This document shows positions 38,725 to 48,340 of a stretch of DNA of 64,000 nucleotides, piece by piece. Positions within the stretch are counted from its first letter, which is position 1; each line of letters starts with the position of its first letter. Source of the DNA: an uncultured virus (IMG/VR IMGVR_UViG_3300011386_000023) (taxonomy: Duplodnaviria; Heunggongvirae; Uroviricota; Caudoviricetes); IMG/VR virus record IMGVR_UViG_3300011386_000023. One strand, given 5' to 3'. Made by a program: the position numbers and the translations under genes. The notes beneath the pieces were generated by a model that saw nothing but the letters and a program-made list of their open reading frames with translations, made no database searches and was not told the DNA's origin.

Positions 38725-38936
38725 AGTGCTTCTCCAGATACTTGTTGCATACCAGAATTTGGTTCAATTCGTGGTCGCTCAGACTCATATTGCTCTTCAG
38801 AAATAAACTCAACTTTATGAATAGTTACCAATTGATTTGATTCAGTTAACTCACCATAAATGATAACTGCATTGGTGCTTTTATTAATGACTTTAAAATA
38901 TTGACCATCAGCCATTGTGTAAGTTTTAACGTCCAT
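38721..38936 (-). CDS. 71-aa hypothetical protein inside the split sheath locus
   Basis: Translationally coupled on both sides (TAATG and ATGA overlaps). Confidence 0.7.
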   Translation of the reverse strand: MDVKTYTMADGQYFKVINKSTNAVIIYGELTESNQLVTIHKVEFISEEQYESERPRIEPNSGMQQVSGEAL

Positions 38937-40288
38937 TAAGCTAGACCTCCATCAATAATCGTCCATCCCGCACCGATCAGCCCACTAGCTGCTGCTTGAC
39001 TCGCAGCTGATCGTTTTGCTGATGCAAGCACAACACGCGGGCTTGTACCATTTGCCCATTCGTTTCGTCGCGTTGTGCCGACATCGAGCCACAGTGCATT
39101 CAAATATTTATCATAGTTTTCGGTAGACCAATTTGGCGCTGATGATACATCCGCCATATTTGCATTCACGTTAAATTTTGCGGGCCATGCCGACAAATCT
39201 TGATTGAACGATGTTGCACCCTGTACGAAGCCTTGAAAGTTCAATACGTTTCTAATATCCCAATCATTGATTGGTTGATTGAATGATGATGCATACCAAA
39301 ACATGAATGCCATTGATACTGCTGATCTAAAGCTTCCAGTGATTGTGTTATTGAAGACCTTATTATAAGAAAACCAGCCAGAGACATCTCTTAAATTCGG
39401 CGCATTAAATTTAATAGGTTTATTAAATGCTGACTCTGCAAACAAGTAGTAAGCTTCTACTAAATTCGGCATATTACCCAATTCGACTGTTTGATTGAAT
39501 GAAACTGCGCCCAATAAAAAGTTATTCAAAATTACGGCCTTTCCGAAATTAAAATTCGTTAATGGCTGATTGAATTTTTTAGCACCTGCCAACATGTTAG
39601 AAAAATTATCACACTCTGAAGTATCAATATTTAATTTCGAGTTGAACGACGCAGCTCCGTTAAGCATAAACGATATGTTTGTCGGTTTTGCGCTCCTTAT
39701 CGTGATGTCTTTATTGAACTTTGCAGTACCCATCAATAAATTATTAATGCTTAATAGTTTCGGGGCGTCCCAATTTACCTCACGATCAAAATTGGTCGCA
39801 TTCGCAAAACAATATCCAGCATCTTCAACTTGACTCACATCCCATGAATTTACTCGCTGATTGAAGCTCCCTATCCTCATACAAATGCCGTTGATCGTTG
39901 TTGCGCCATCAGTGTGAACACCTAAAGAATAATCAGGATAAGCACCGAAGAAGGTTGAACCATCAGGTGGATCGAATCCTAGGATTCGGTCTTTATCTTT
40001 CCAACTCAGATATGCGTAGTCGCGCCCCGCATCAAGTTTTAATGTTACTTCCATGGCAGGATTGAAAATCCCCTCTGTAACTGGATCAATGATTCCGAGT
40101 GACGCACAAGTAAGAGTACCCCCGACTACTTTAAATTCTTTAGGATTGTCATTACGAAATTTGAAAATGTCGCCATTTTCCACGTCTTGATTTCGAACAA
40201 TGCGGACATTGCTAACATAGCCTTTCGGTGGAAAAACATTAATCGATTGATCGACTGTATTTGTCGATTTAAACACTGTGCATGACAT
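38936..40288 (-). CDS. DUF285/BspA-like repeat protein
   Basis: About nine ~24-aa repeats of type W/F-D-x-S-x-V...MF..A..FNQ; AGGAG RBS. Confidence 0.85.
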   Translation of the reverse strand: MSCTVFKSTNTVDQSINVFPPKGYVSNVRIVRNQDVENGDIFKFRNDNPKEFKVVGGTLTCASLGIIDPVTEGIFNPAMEVTLKLDAGRDYAYLSWKDKDRILGFDPPDGSTFFGAYPDYSLGVHTDGATTINGICMRIGSFNQRVNSWDVSQVEDAGYCFANATNFDREVNWDAPKLLSINNLLMGTAKFNKDITIRSAKPTNISFMLNGAASFNSKLNIDTSECDNFSNMLAGAKKFNQPLTNFNFGKAVILNNFLLGAVSFNQTVELGNMPNLVEAYYLFAESAFNKPIKFNAPNLRDVSGWFSYNKVFNNTITGSFRSAVSMAFMFWYASSFNQPINDWDIRNVLNFQGFVQGATSFNQDLSAWPAKFNVNANMADVSSAPNWSTENYDKYLNALWLDVGTTRRNEWANGTSPRVVLASAKRSAASQAAASGLIGAGWTIIDGGLA

Positions 40289-40306
40289 GACTAATTGCTC
40301 CTGCGT

Positions 40307-42652
40307 TTAAGCTGTGTAATTGAAATACGTATCTAAAAATGCAATACGCTTTTTTGTCCACGTCAAAATTTGTTCTAAGCTCGTGATGTTCAAAGAAGGA
40401 CGGACGGGCCAACGGGCCAACTCTAGCTCAACAACGCTGATCGAAAATTTTGAAAAAAGATCAGTCGATAGGTTATAGATGTTCTCAACTGAAATGATTT
40501 TCTGATCGCGCAATTGCTTATATCGTGCCTCGATGTCTGTGTTATATGTGGCTTTGACTTTGCGCCAGAACGAGCTTGAACTATTCCAAACAAGTTGTGA
40601 GCCTGTTGTATCGTCGTATACGACAGCACCAGTCCACTCAAGGCCGAAGACGGTATCCATGTCATAAGGCATAAACATGAATTTTTTTCCATCGTAGCTA
40701 ATAAACTGGAAATTTTTCGCTGAGTTTTGGCTTACAACGTCTCTACATTTCACAAACTCAGCAAAGATCATGAAATCAATCGCGTTTTGCTTATCAAGAT
40801 AATTATCCGCTTGTGCTGTAAAGTTCGCATCGCTGAGCTGTGCAAATGCGTTCCAGTTAGAAATTGCGGTCCATGTATCAGCGGTAGGTGTACTCGGCGC
40901 TTTCATTTCATAAAGCGTCGGATTTGTGACTTCAAGATTTGTGATGTCGTTCCATCCGTCCATTCCGATATGGATTTCTTTCGGCTTGTTTTTTGAGATA
41001 TTGTAGTTACTGCGTTTCTTCGCAGTTCCGAACGAACCAATGCCGTAGAACTCATCATTGATATACAGCAAGGCTGAATATAAACGCGGTACACCATTTG
41101 CTCCGCTTTGTAATGCGCTTTTCCCTGTTTTGCCAATATATGGTTTTTCGGTTTCTAGACGTGGATAACCTGTTCTTGACGCTGTAAATTGTTCCCACAA
41201 TCGGTAACACATTGCGTTACGGATGTTGGTGTGATCAATCCAGTTCGACTTGAACACGAGTTCGTCGTGTGGCAATAGATCGCCGATTTTGACGTCCAGC
41301 GCTTTTGTTAGAGCTTGATCTGAAAAGAATGCGATATTCCAATTCTTTTTCGCATACGATGCACTCGATGCGCCTTGCACTTCAAGCTTCACAAAGCAAC
41401 TGAATGACTGGCCGTCAAAATGAAATTCGCCCTTGCCAGATACGGTCGTCCCCTTGGCATCAGGCAAATTCGGCAAATCCGTTAGATAAATTTGGATGAT
41501 AGACTCTGGCGCTTTAACTGCGATTTGCTTAAGTGCGGTCACAGCTTGCGCTTTGTTTTTAAACTTCTTCAATTCATTGATTTCATTTAAAACATCGACA
41601 CCGTTGAAGACCCAATTGCCGAACTTATCGACGTAACCTAATAAATTCTTTTCAGCATCTTCAAATCGAATCAGTTTTGAGTCATCTGACTGCTTTGACA
41701 GTTTTTTCAAATACTCAAGTGCATCAACAGCATTGTGAAGCCCATCGATCTGACCAGAGCGCAGCATGCCGTTTTTTGTTAATCGCAGGACAATATTTCC
41801 GTCGCTATCTTCAAACGTATATAAATCACTGGAATTACTTGTCGCAAGCAGCTTTAACAGTACGCTGATATTGTTCAGATTCAGTTCATCGACAAACTTT
41901 TGTAGTTCTTTGATGTCTTCCTGATTTGTGAGCAAGATTGAACGTTTAGTATCTTCATCATACGAGACAAGCTGGCCCTTTTTATTCAGTGCAAGTACGA
42001 CATTTCCAGAACTGTCTTTGAACTCAAAGATGTTTTCAGAGTCAGAGGATAGAACGAATTTACCAATTAAATTCTCGACTGAAACATCAATATTATTTTC
42101 AAGATTCTTGATTTCAGTATCGGTATAAGACTTTGAATTTGATTCTGCTTGAGCCATTTTAGACTTGATTAAACCAAGTACATTATTCTCAAGCTTTAGA
42201 AAATCATTGCCATCAAAGTGATACTCTCCATTGATATCGTTGATGTCAGGATTATTATCTGGATCATCAACGACAGTAACAATAGAGTTAACTGGTATAT
42301 TTGAAACGTCTAAAAGCATTAAAGCTTTGGTTCGATAAGCTTTGTATACTCCATTTTTCTGGAAGAGATAAACGGAATATTCCATACGTTCAATGCGCTC
42401 ATTTTGAGCATCATCACGCATTTGACTTGCCTGACTCACCTCTGCAACAGAAGTAGGTGTTGCAAAATCAGCTACATCTTTTAATGCAGCAGAACCAAGC
42501 TCAGATTTAACAAAATCTGAAATTTGACCAATATCAGCTTGTTTTGTTTCTTCATCTTGGACTACCGGAATAACATCACCACGTGAAACGCTAGAAGTTT
42601 TTTCCAATTCACTGATTTTAGTACCAGGCACTTCAATCATGAGTTGAGCCAT
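40307..42652 (-). CDS. Fibre-like protein with C-terminal CotH kinase-family domain
   Basis: N-terminal KISEL..D.IPVVQ; three F.D..GN....L...G repeats; QGASS..AKKNW, DHTNIRN, LYINDEFYG, KNFQF..MPYDMDTVFG. Confidence 0.82.
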   Translation of the reverse strand: MAQLMIEVPGTKISELEKTSSVSRGDVIPVVQDEETKQADIGQISDFVKSELGSAALKDVADFATPTSVAEVSQASQMRDDAQNERIERMEYSVYLFQKNGVYKAYRTKALMLLDVSNIPVNSIVTVVDDPDNNPDINDINGEYHFDGNDFLKLENNVLGLIKSKMAQAESNSKSYTDTEIKNLENNIDVSVENLIGKFVLSSDSENIFEFKDSSGNVVLALNKKGQLVSYDEDTKRSILLTNQEDIKELQKFVDELNLNNISVLLKLLATSNSSDLYTFEDSDGNIVLRLTKNGMLRSGQIDGLHNAVDALEYLKKLSKQSDDSKLIRFEDAEKNLLGYVDKFGNWVFNGVDVLNEINELKKFKNKAQAVTALKQIAVKAPESIIQIYLTDLPNLPDAKGTTVSGKGEFHFDGQSFSCFVKLEVQGASSASYAKKNWNIAFFSDQALTKALDVKIGDLLPHDELVFKSNWIDHTNIRNAMCYRLWEQFTASRTGYPRLETEKPYIGKTGKSALQSGANGVPRLYSALLYINDEFYGIGSFGTAKKRSNYNISKNKPKEIHIGMDGWNDITNLEVTNPTLYEMKAPSTPTADTWTAISNWNAFAQLSDANFTAQADNYLDKQNAIDFMIFAEFVKCRDVVSQNSAKNFQFISYDGKKFMFMPYDMDTVFGLEWTGAVVYDDTTGSQLVWNSSSSFWRKVKATYNTDIEARYKQLRDQKIISVENIYNLSTDLFSKFSISVVELELARWPVRPSLNITSLEQILTWTKKRIAFLDTYFNYTA

Positions 42653-42662
42653 ATATTACTCC

Positions 42663-43010
42663 TTATGGTTCAATTAAAGCACCGTCTTCAGCTAACACAG
42701 CGTCACCCGATTCGGTATGTAATGCTTTCTGTGTCCGAACACCATCAACGGCAAGAGCAATTGCCTGAGCATTAACAAGGCGGTTTGTCTTTACAGCAGC
42801 TTTGATCATGCGACCAGCTTGTGAATTTTTTCCGAATTTAGAATCAGCTCCAGCTGTGTCATAAACATCAACTGGGGTGAATTGCCCGGACAAAACATCT
42901 AGCGTCACAAAAAGAACTTTTTGCTCATTAGCTGGAAGCCCTGTGCGGAGGGTATTGATATTGACGTCTGTATAAACGCCCGGTGTTTTAATACCAGCAG
43001 GAATACTCAT
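42663..43010 (-). CDS. Tail sheath, N-terminal part (Mu gpL-like) with a non-sheath C-terminal peptide
   Basis: IPAGIKTPGVYTDVN..GLPANEQKVLFV..FGKNSQAGRM; ends in LHTESGDAVLAEDGALIEP. Confidence 0.85.
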   Translation of the reverse strand: MSIPAGIKTPGVYTDVNINTLRTGLPANEQKVLFVTLDVLSGQFTPVDVYDTAGADSKFGKNSQAGRMIKAAVKTNRLVNAQAIALAVDGVRTQKALHTESGDAVLAEDGALIEP

Positions 43011-43621
43011 TATTTATTTTCCTTCAGTTCAACCAGATCAGAAGCGTCTTTAACGTCATCACCCGGCTCAAAGAAATAATCGACATTGATTCGATGGATT
43101 TCACCGATAGATTCATCAGCTTCTTCACGGTCACGATCAGAAGCAGTAATTGTGTATTGCGTAGTAAATGCTTGAGAAAGCACACTAATCGACTGACTAG
43201 CAGTTTTAGTATTAAAAATGGTTTTGGTTTTGCCTAATTCCAAAGGCTCAAGCCCTTTGACACCAACTGATGAAAGATCATTACCAATCAATAGCTGATG
43301 AACATGATGCAGCATTTCGTATGTACCAATATCACCTCCAGCACCCTGACGACGTGCTTCCTCATTACGAACAGAGCGTGCACCAACGAGTACTACAAAA
43401 GTCACTGGATATTGAGTCTTGTTATAACTGATCTTTTTAGGGGTGCCAGAACCTTCAAAAACCACCCATATCGCTGGGAATCCTTTAACAATAGCAGTCA
43501 AGCCATCATCAAATTCCCCGCCATACGTTTTGATTTGACGAACCCAAGTCCATTTTTTAGCAGTGACCTGATTAGCCATGACTTGTTTAAGACCTTGTTC
43601 GACAACGCTTAAATTAATCAC
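43010..43621 (-). CDS. Mu gp37/DUF1834-like tail terminator
   Basis: IKTYGGEFDD, FPAIWVVFEG, VLVGARSVRNEEARR. Confidence 0.85.
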   Translation of the reverse strand: MINLSVVEQGLKQVMANQVTAKKWTWVRQIKTYGGEFDDGLTAIVKGFPAIWVVFEGSGTPKKISYNKTQYPVTFVVLVGARSVRNEEARRQGAGGDIGTYEMLHHVHQLLIGNDLSSVGVKGLEPLELGKTKTIFNTKTASQSISVLSQAFTTQYTITASDRDREEADESIGEIHRINVDYFFEPGDDVKDASDLVELKENK

Positions 43622-44049
43622 CAGCCTTTACCTCCAAAATCATGACGTCCAACTTGGAACATCACATTGTTAGAGGAAGTTTTAACAGGCTCAGATTCAC
43701 CAGCTGGCGTACCACCAACACCAACAATACCTTTAGAAATATCTTTCAATTTGTTGATGGCATCGACATAGCGTGTGCGGATCGGGTCATCGTCAGTCAT
43801 TGCACCAGTGCATGCATGATAGCGTGCAATATGGCAAGCAAGGCTTTCAAGGAATGGAGGGACAGTTTGCAACGGCAGCTTATAGCGACCCATTAGATAA
43901 CCATCAATTTCCGAGTTAGCTTCTTGCAGTGCTGCATTTAACTTGTCGTAATTAATAGCATCTAAATATTCAGATTCTTCATTATCAGTGAGTTGAATTA
44001 ATTCTCTTTCACCGAACTTTTTGATCATCGCGTCTGCCGTTGCATACAT
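43618..44049 (-). CDS. Mu gp36/DUF1320 head-tail connector
   Basis: MYATADAM..FGEREL, EIDGYL.GRYKLPL, CHIARY. Confidence 0.9.
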   Translation of the reverse strand: MYATADAMIKKFGERELIQLTDNEESEYLDAINYDKLNAALQEANSEIDGYLMGRYKLPLQTVPPFLESLACHIARYHACTGAMTDDDPIRTRYVDAINKLKDISKGIVGVGGTPAGESEPVKTSSNNVMFQVGRHDFGGKGW

Positions 44050-44060
44050 ATCAAATCACC

Positions 44061-44993
44061 TTATGCCTGAGTACCAGTAGAACCCACAGCCATTTGCCAT
44101 AAACCAAAACCAGCAACACCACGAGCTTCCACACCGTAACGATATTTTTTACGCATGAAGACGCTGTCACTATTCATGTCAAATTGAGCAACAAAGTTCG
44201 GTTTTTTACGGGGTTGATAGACAATTGGTTTGACTGGACGTGATGCATCTAAAAGGTGCCATTCAGTTTTTGTTTCTAACCAAGGACATACCAAAACTTC
44301 AAATTCACCTTTATAAGGGTTTACCTTCCCATCTTCTAGGCGATCTGTAGTCATCAAGGCATTAGCAACTTCTCGTAATGCTGGAGGCACAACTAAAAGG
44401 TTTGCTTTTAAGTTGAGTGGCTTACCTTCTGAATCTTTTAGTTCTTGCATCATGGTCATTGCAGCACCAAGACTTGCTTGTGCAGCTGCCAGTGTAGATA
44501 CACTTAATGCTTTGGTAAGTTTGTTTGAAAAGACTTTGGCATTTTTACCTTCACCGACTTTGTGATCAGTAGAATAAAAAGGCTTATCGTCATAACACTT
44601 TTCTTCAAAACCTTTTGTCAAAACAGTGAAGACAAGATCATCAGGCCATTCTTTAGCTGATTGACCAGCAGCTTGAGTTTCGATGGTGTACATACCCAAG
44701 TTATCGTCTTCAATATCATTACGATCTACTTCAACAGTAGCTTCATAATCTTCATTGACCAGAATATAGGCATGACCTGTTAATTTTTTAACTGCTTTAT
44801 CACCAATCCACTTACGTAAAGCAGGAAAGCGATCCGTCCACGCATAAGTGTTAGATGCACCAGTACTTGGCACTTCCATTGCTACTTTTGCATAGTTACT
44901 AGGAGCCGCATCAAATGCATTTTTGAATACTAGTTTAAGGCTTGTACTCAAAGCATTCAGAATACGAGCACCATTTTGTTCAGTAATAACCAT
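44061..44993 (-). CDS. Major capsid protein (Mu gpT-like)
   Basis: FPALRKWIGD, YEATVEVDRNDIEDD, CYDDKPFYSTDH, YGVEARG..GFGLWQ. Confidence 0.93.
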   Translation of the reverse strand: MVITEQNGARILNALSTSLKLVFKNAFDAAPSNYAKVAMEVPSTGASNTYAWTDRFPALRKWIGDKAVKKLTGHAYILVNEDYEATVEVDRNDIEDDNLGMYTIETQAAGQSAKEWPDDLVFTVLTKGFEEKCYDDKPFYSTDHKVGEGKNAKVFSNKLTKALSVSTLAAAQASLGAAMTMMQELKDSEGKPLNLKANLLVVPPALREVANALMTTDRLEDGKVNPYKGEFEVLVCPWLETKTEWHLLDASRPVKPIVYQPRKKPNFVAQFDMNSDSVFMRKKYRYGVEARGVAGFGLWQMAVGSTGTQA

Positions 44994-44996
44994 TAA

Positions 44997-45416
44997 TTAA
45001 ATCTCCACCCAAACGCAGTCAGTAAATTGCGTATCAAAACCCATAAATTTGCCAGCAACCGGAAGACCAGCACCTGTTGTTTTAGCGACGGTTTGGTTAT
45101 CCTCTACAAAAACGTCTTCACCAAGTTCAGCCTGCGTAACGGCATCAGTTGTTGAATTGCGGAACAAGAATTGTTTTTTTCGACGCACACAGGCTTGAAC
45201 GTCGCCAGATTCGCCATCAGTGTTATCTGCCGAGCTGTCCCAAACGCCCATAACCTTTTGAGTTGCTGCAATTGCAGCTGTTGAAGCAACAGCAAATCCC
45301 GTGTCATCAACCAATGCGAATGTCCCGACCAGAACCACTGCACCAGCTTTTAATGGGACAGGGATTAACTCACCGTCACGCATTTCAGTGACGATTCCAT
45401 TTTGCATATATGTCAT
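44997..45416 (-). CDS. Head decoration / capsid-associated protein
   Basis: Between protease and capsid; ADNTDG..GD, VFVEDNQTV. Confidence 0.7.
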   Translation of the reverse strand: MTYMQNGIVTEMRDGELIPVPLKAGAVVLVGTFALVDDTGFAVASTAAIAATQKVMGVWDSSADNTDGESGDVQACVRRKKQFLFRNSTTDAVTQAELGEDVFVEDNQTVAKTTGAGLPVAGKFMGFDTQFTDCVWVEI

Positions 45417-46501
45417 GGATTAGCTCCTAAATCTGCTGGGTTAAGCCCTAATTGGGTCGCAATGCTAGTGGCAATTTCATCTACAACAGGTTGTTGCTGA
45501 TGGTTTGCTGCTAAATTCACTTGCTCAGTTTGACGTTGAGTTAAAGCTGCGATTTTTGGCAGGCTTTCAATATGAGCTTTGACAAAATCAGGGTTGTTTT
45601 TTGCCTGTCCCTTCACCCATTCAATGGTTGCTTGACCAGTTAAACGACCATCACTACATGCAGCCACAATCAAGTCATCAATTTCTTTTGCCTTTTGAGC
45701 CGCCTCAGCATTACCAGCGTTTGCGACAGCTTCTTGATAAACAGCCATCGGAACGAATTGAGTCATATCGACTTGATCTTGACTGTTTGCAGCCAGCTTA
45801 AGCTGATCAATTGCAGCTAAGGCATCAAAAAGGTGCTGACCATTTGCAGCTACAGCAACACCGGTTTTTTCTTTGATTTGCGCTGACAGCTTGTTAAGTT
45901 CTGCCAAAATTTCTTCTGCTGTTGCAGACAATGGCAGATTTAACATCCAGCGCAGTTGTTCTAATAACTCTTCCATTTCAGAATCCTGTGTGGAATTTTG
46001 GGTAAAGTAATCCTGTGCCAAGGCAGCAAGACGAGCCTCGGGCAGATTATCCAGATTAGGGGTGTTGGTTAATGCGACGCTATGAAGCCCAACGACTTCA
46101 CCAGTTTTGGTATAAAAAAGAACGGGTGATAAATACTTATATTCTTCCTTCTCAATATGGCCTTTGGCCTTATCGAGCCATTTAAAATTAGTACTACATA
46201 TGCCAACTCCCTTGATGTATGAAAAAGATGCTGCCTTCAACCATCCTGAAGCGGGAGCTGGTTCACCAGTTTCCTGTGCTTTTAATGTGGCATGTTCATA
46301 ATCAATAACCATGTCCACCTTACGTTGATTTAATGCAGCAACAATCTGCTCACCACGTTCGGGAGTAAGTACCCAGTGTGGTGCATCAAAAGGTCGTCCA
46401 TCAACTCCATTAAATGTTCCTTCAGGAACAAGTACCAGATGAGTCGATGTGGCATTCAAGTCAATTGAGTATGAAGCGACAAGAATTGATTTATTAGGCA
46501 T
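45413..46501 (-). CDS. Prohead protease I with probable nested scaffold Z (internal ATG at 45976)
   Basis: IDYEHAT, APASGW, EYKYLSPV, SVALTNTPNL; MEELLEQLRWMLNLP preceded by AGGA. Confidence 0.9.
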   Translation of the reverse strand: MPNKSILVASYSIDLNATSTHLVLVPEGTFNGVDGRPFDAPHWVLTPERGEQIVAALNQRKVDMVIDYEHATLKAQETGEPAPASGWLKAASFSYIKGVGICSTNFKWLDKAKGHIEKEEYKYLSPVLFYTKTGEVVGLHSVALTNTPNLDNLPEARLAALAQDYFTQNSTQDSEMEELLEQLRWMLNLPLSATAEEILAELNKLSAQIKEKTGVAVAANGQHLFDALAAIDQLKLAANSQDQVDMTQFVPMAVYQEAVANAGNAEAAQKAKEIDDLIVAACSDGRLTGQATIEWVKGQAKNNPDFVKAHIESLPKIAALTQRQTEQVNLAANHQQQPVVDEIATSIATQLGLNPADLGANP

Positions 46502-46574
46502 AACATCTACTTTTAAAAAGATGTTATGAGATTAAATTGAGGGGATAAAAAAGATCAGGCGGAAACACTTCCGC
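46499..46574 (-). promoter_or_regulatory. Late promoter: palindrome 46559-74, -10-like TAATCT, hairpin 46499-528 covering the start codon
   Basis: GCGGAAACACTTCCGC 58 bp upstream of the protease ATG. Confidence 0.8.
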
Positions 46575-46589
46575 CCAGTTTATTTATTC

Positions 46590-47093
46590 TTATTCAAAGC
46601 TTTTATGCCAATAAAAATCTACATCATCAAACACTGCATCTTCTGCTTCTTGTTGTAAAAATCCGTGCTCATTCATTGGCAAGAATGGACGTGCCGGGAA
46701 CTTGCTCCCCGGGTGATTGACTTGTTTAAACACCTTACCGTTGAATGACAATGCCTGTTTATTTCTGGGACGTATCACATGTGGTCGTGTTTTCCCACCG
46801 TTATGTAGAATGGCAGCATAAGGCACATTGGTGCCAATGATTGCTTGGTCACGGGTATATTGAGTCGTGATACTACGGCGCAAATTCCCTGATTGGTATA
46901 GGTAAGAAGGTTGTGATCTATCCGGAGCCAGACCAGCCCATTTAGGACGTCCACCTGCATCAAAGTTATCATCAGTTATGGCTGCAAATGTGTTTGCAAT
47001 CGCTGCCGATAATGGTGTGGTGTCACCCATACGATCAGCAGCCTGTGCCATCCGCTCAATCAGAGCATCATTTTTGATTTGAATAAAGCTCAT
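46590..47093 (-). CDS. Virion morphogenesis protein (Mu gpG-like)
   Basis: SGNLRRSI, IGTNVPYAAILH.GG, PARPFL. Confidence 0.9.
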   Translation of the reverse strand: MSFIQIKNDALIERMAQAADRMGDTTPLSAAIANTFAAITDDNFDAGGRPKWAGLAPDRSQPSYLYQSGNLRRSITTQYTRDQAIIGTNVPYAAILHNGGKTRPHVIRPRNKQALSFNGKVFKQVNHPGSKFPARPFLPMNEHGFLQQEAEDAVFDDVDFYWHKSFE

Positions 47094-48340
47094 TCAATCA
47101 CCTCAAAATCATTAGGAGGTATATTTTTGAAGATACGGGATACTTGCAAATGTCCAGATACCACTTTGAACTCAACAACAACGTCATGTGGCAATACATA
47201 AAACAAAGCCTGAGTTTGTTTATCCCAAAGCTTTTGCTCCACATTGGCAATTAAATCTGGCAAAGCAATCAGTTCAGTTACAGATACATCAGTGTATTTT
47301 TTATTAACAAGTACTTCATCGCTCAACCATATCATTTTAGATTCAAATGATTGACCTGCCGCTGTTAAGAATTTTACTGAATCATACTGAAGCACACCAA
47401 TTGGACTAAACTGTTTTTGAGATTTTGAAAGCTTCAAGGCATGATTAACAAAACTTTTATTAACTTTTGTAAGATTATGATTAGTCAATAATTTCTGTGA
47501 TTGATTTAGTCCACGCGCTTCTCCCAGCAGATTAGTTGCTCGATTAATCATTACATCATTCAACAAATAGCTAGAAGCTGGTGAACCATTAAAACCAGCT
47601 GCGGGAGCAAAAGTTAATTTCCCATCTTTGGTTGGAATATCAAACTGAGTGCGCTTAACAATAACATCGGCTCCAGTGTTGCGATCCACGCCCACACGTT
47701 CATATATGTCAGATTCATTTCCTTCACCTGATAAGATTTCTTTACCTTCAACCTCACGGGCTGAACGTGCAATCACCCGGCATTTACAACCCCACTCACT
47801 TGGGGGATAAGCAACATTCCAAAACGGATCATCAAAACGGAATAATCGACCATTTAACGCAACATGCTGCTTACGAGGATTGCTAATTGTAATATGACGC
47901 CATTCCCAGAATGGCCGTGTTTCCGCACCTGCAAGCATTGCTTTGTACCGCCCAGCTGCAAAAGCAGACTGCATATTTGTATCGTAGATCGTACGTAACC
48001 GACGCGGGCTGCCCAGTTGAACTTCTTGTTCTCGACCCTCTGGATTAATGACGGTTTTTTTTCCCCACCAACCTTTTTCCTGAAGGGTTGGCGTAATATT
48101 GGCTTTCCATTGCTCCAGTGTTTGTCCTTTCTGCATTGCAGTAATCAAGGATTGACGGATATCCTGAAGCAAATCCATGCGGGCAATTTTTGCCACTGTA
48201 AATGCTTTGCTATGTGCATTATCAAGGGTTTCATGCCAATCCCAACCAATCTTAAAACCTTTTTTCTCAAGATAAGAAATGGCATCTTCAGGCGGCAAGG
48301 TAAACAGAGCATTAAGCTCAGGCCGTTGAGCGCTAGGCAT
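47090..48340 (-). CDS. Minor head protein (Mu gpF / SPP1 gp7-like)
   Basis: AFTVAK, RRLRTIYDTNM, DDPFW..YPP..WGCKCRV. Confidence 0.9.
   Translation of the reverse strand: MPSAQRPELNALFTLPPEDAISYLEKKGFKIGWDWHETLDNAHSKAFTVAKIARMDLLQDIRQSLITAMQKGQTLEQWKANITPTLQEKGWWGKKTVINPEGREQEVQLGSPRRLRTIYDTNMQSAFAAGRYKAMLAGAETRPFWEWRHITISNPRKQHVALNGRLFRFDDPFWNVAYPPSEWGCKCRVIARSAREVEGKEILSGEGNESDIYERVGVDRNTGADVIVKRTQFDIPTKDGKLTFAPAAGFNGSPASSYLLNDVMINRATNLLGEARGLNQSQKLLTNHNLTKVNKSFVNHALKLSKSQKQFSPIGVLQYDSVKFLTAAGQSFESKMIWLSDEVLVNKKYTDVSVTELIALPDLIANVEQKLWDKQTQALFYVLPHDVVVEFKVVSGHLQVSRIFKNIPPNDFEVIE

Noticed and set aside
37915..43010. Sheath split caused by an IS, intron or intein
   Set aside because: No transposase, homing endonuclease, RT, terminal repeats or intein motifs were seen; both halves and the inserted genes have their own initiation signals.
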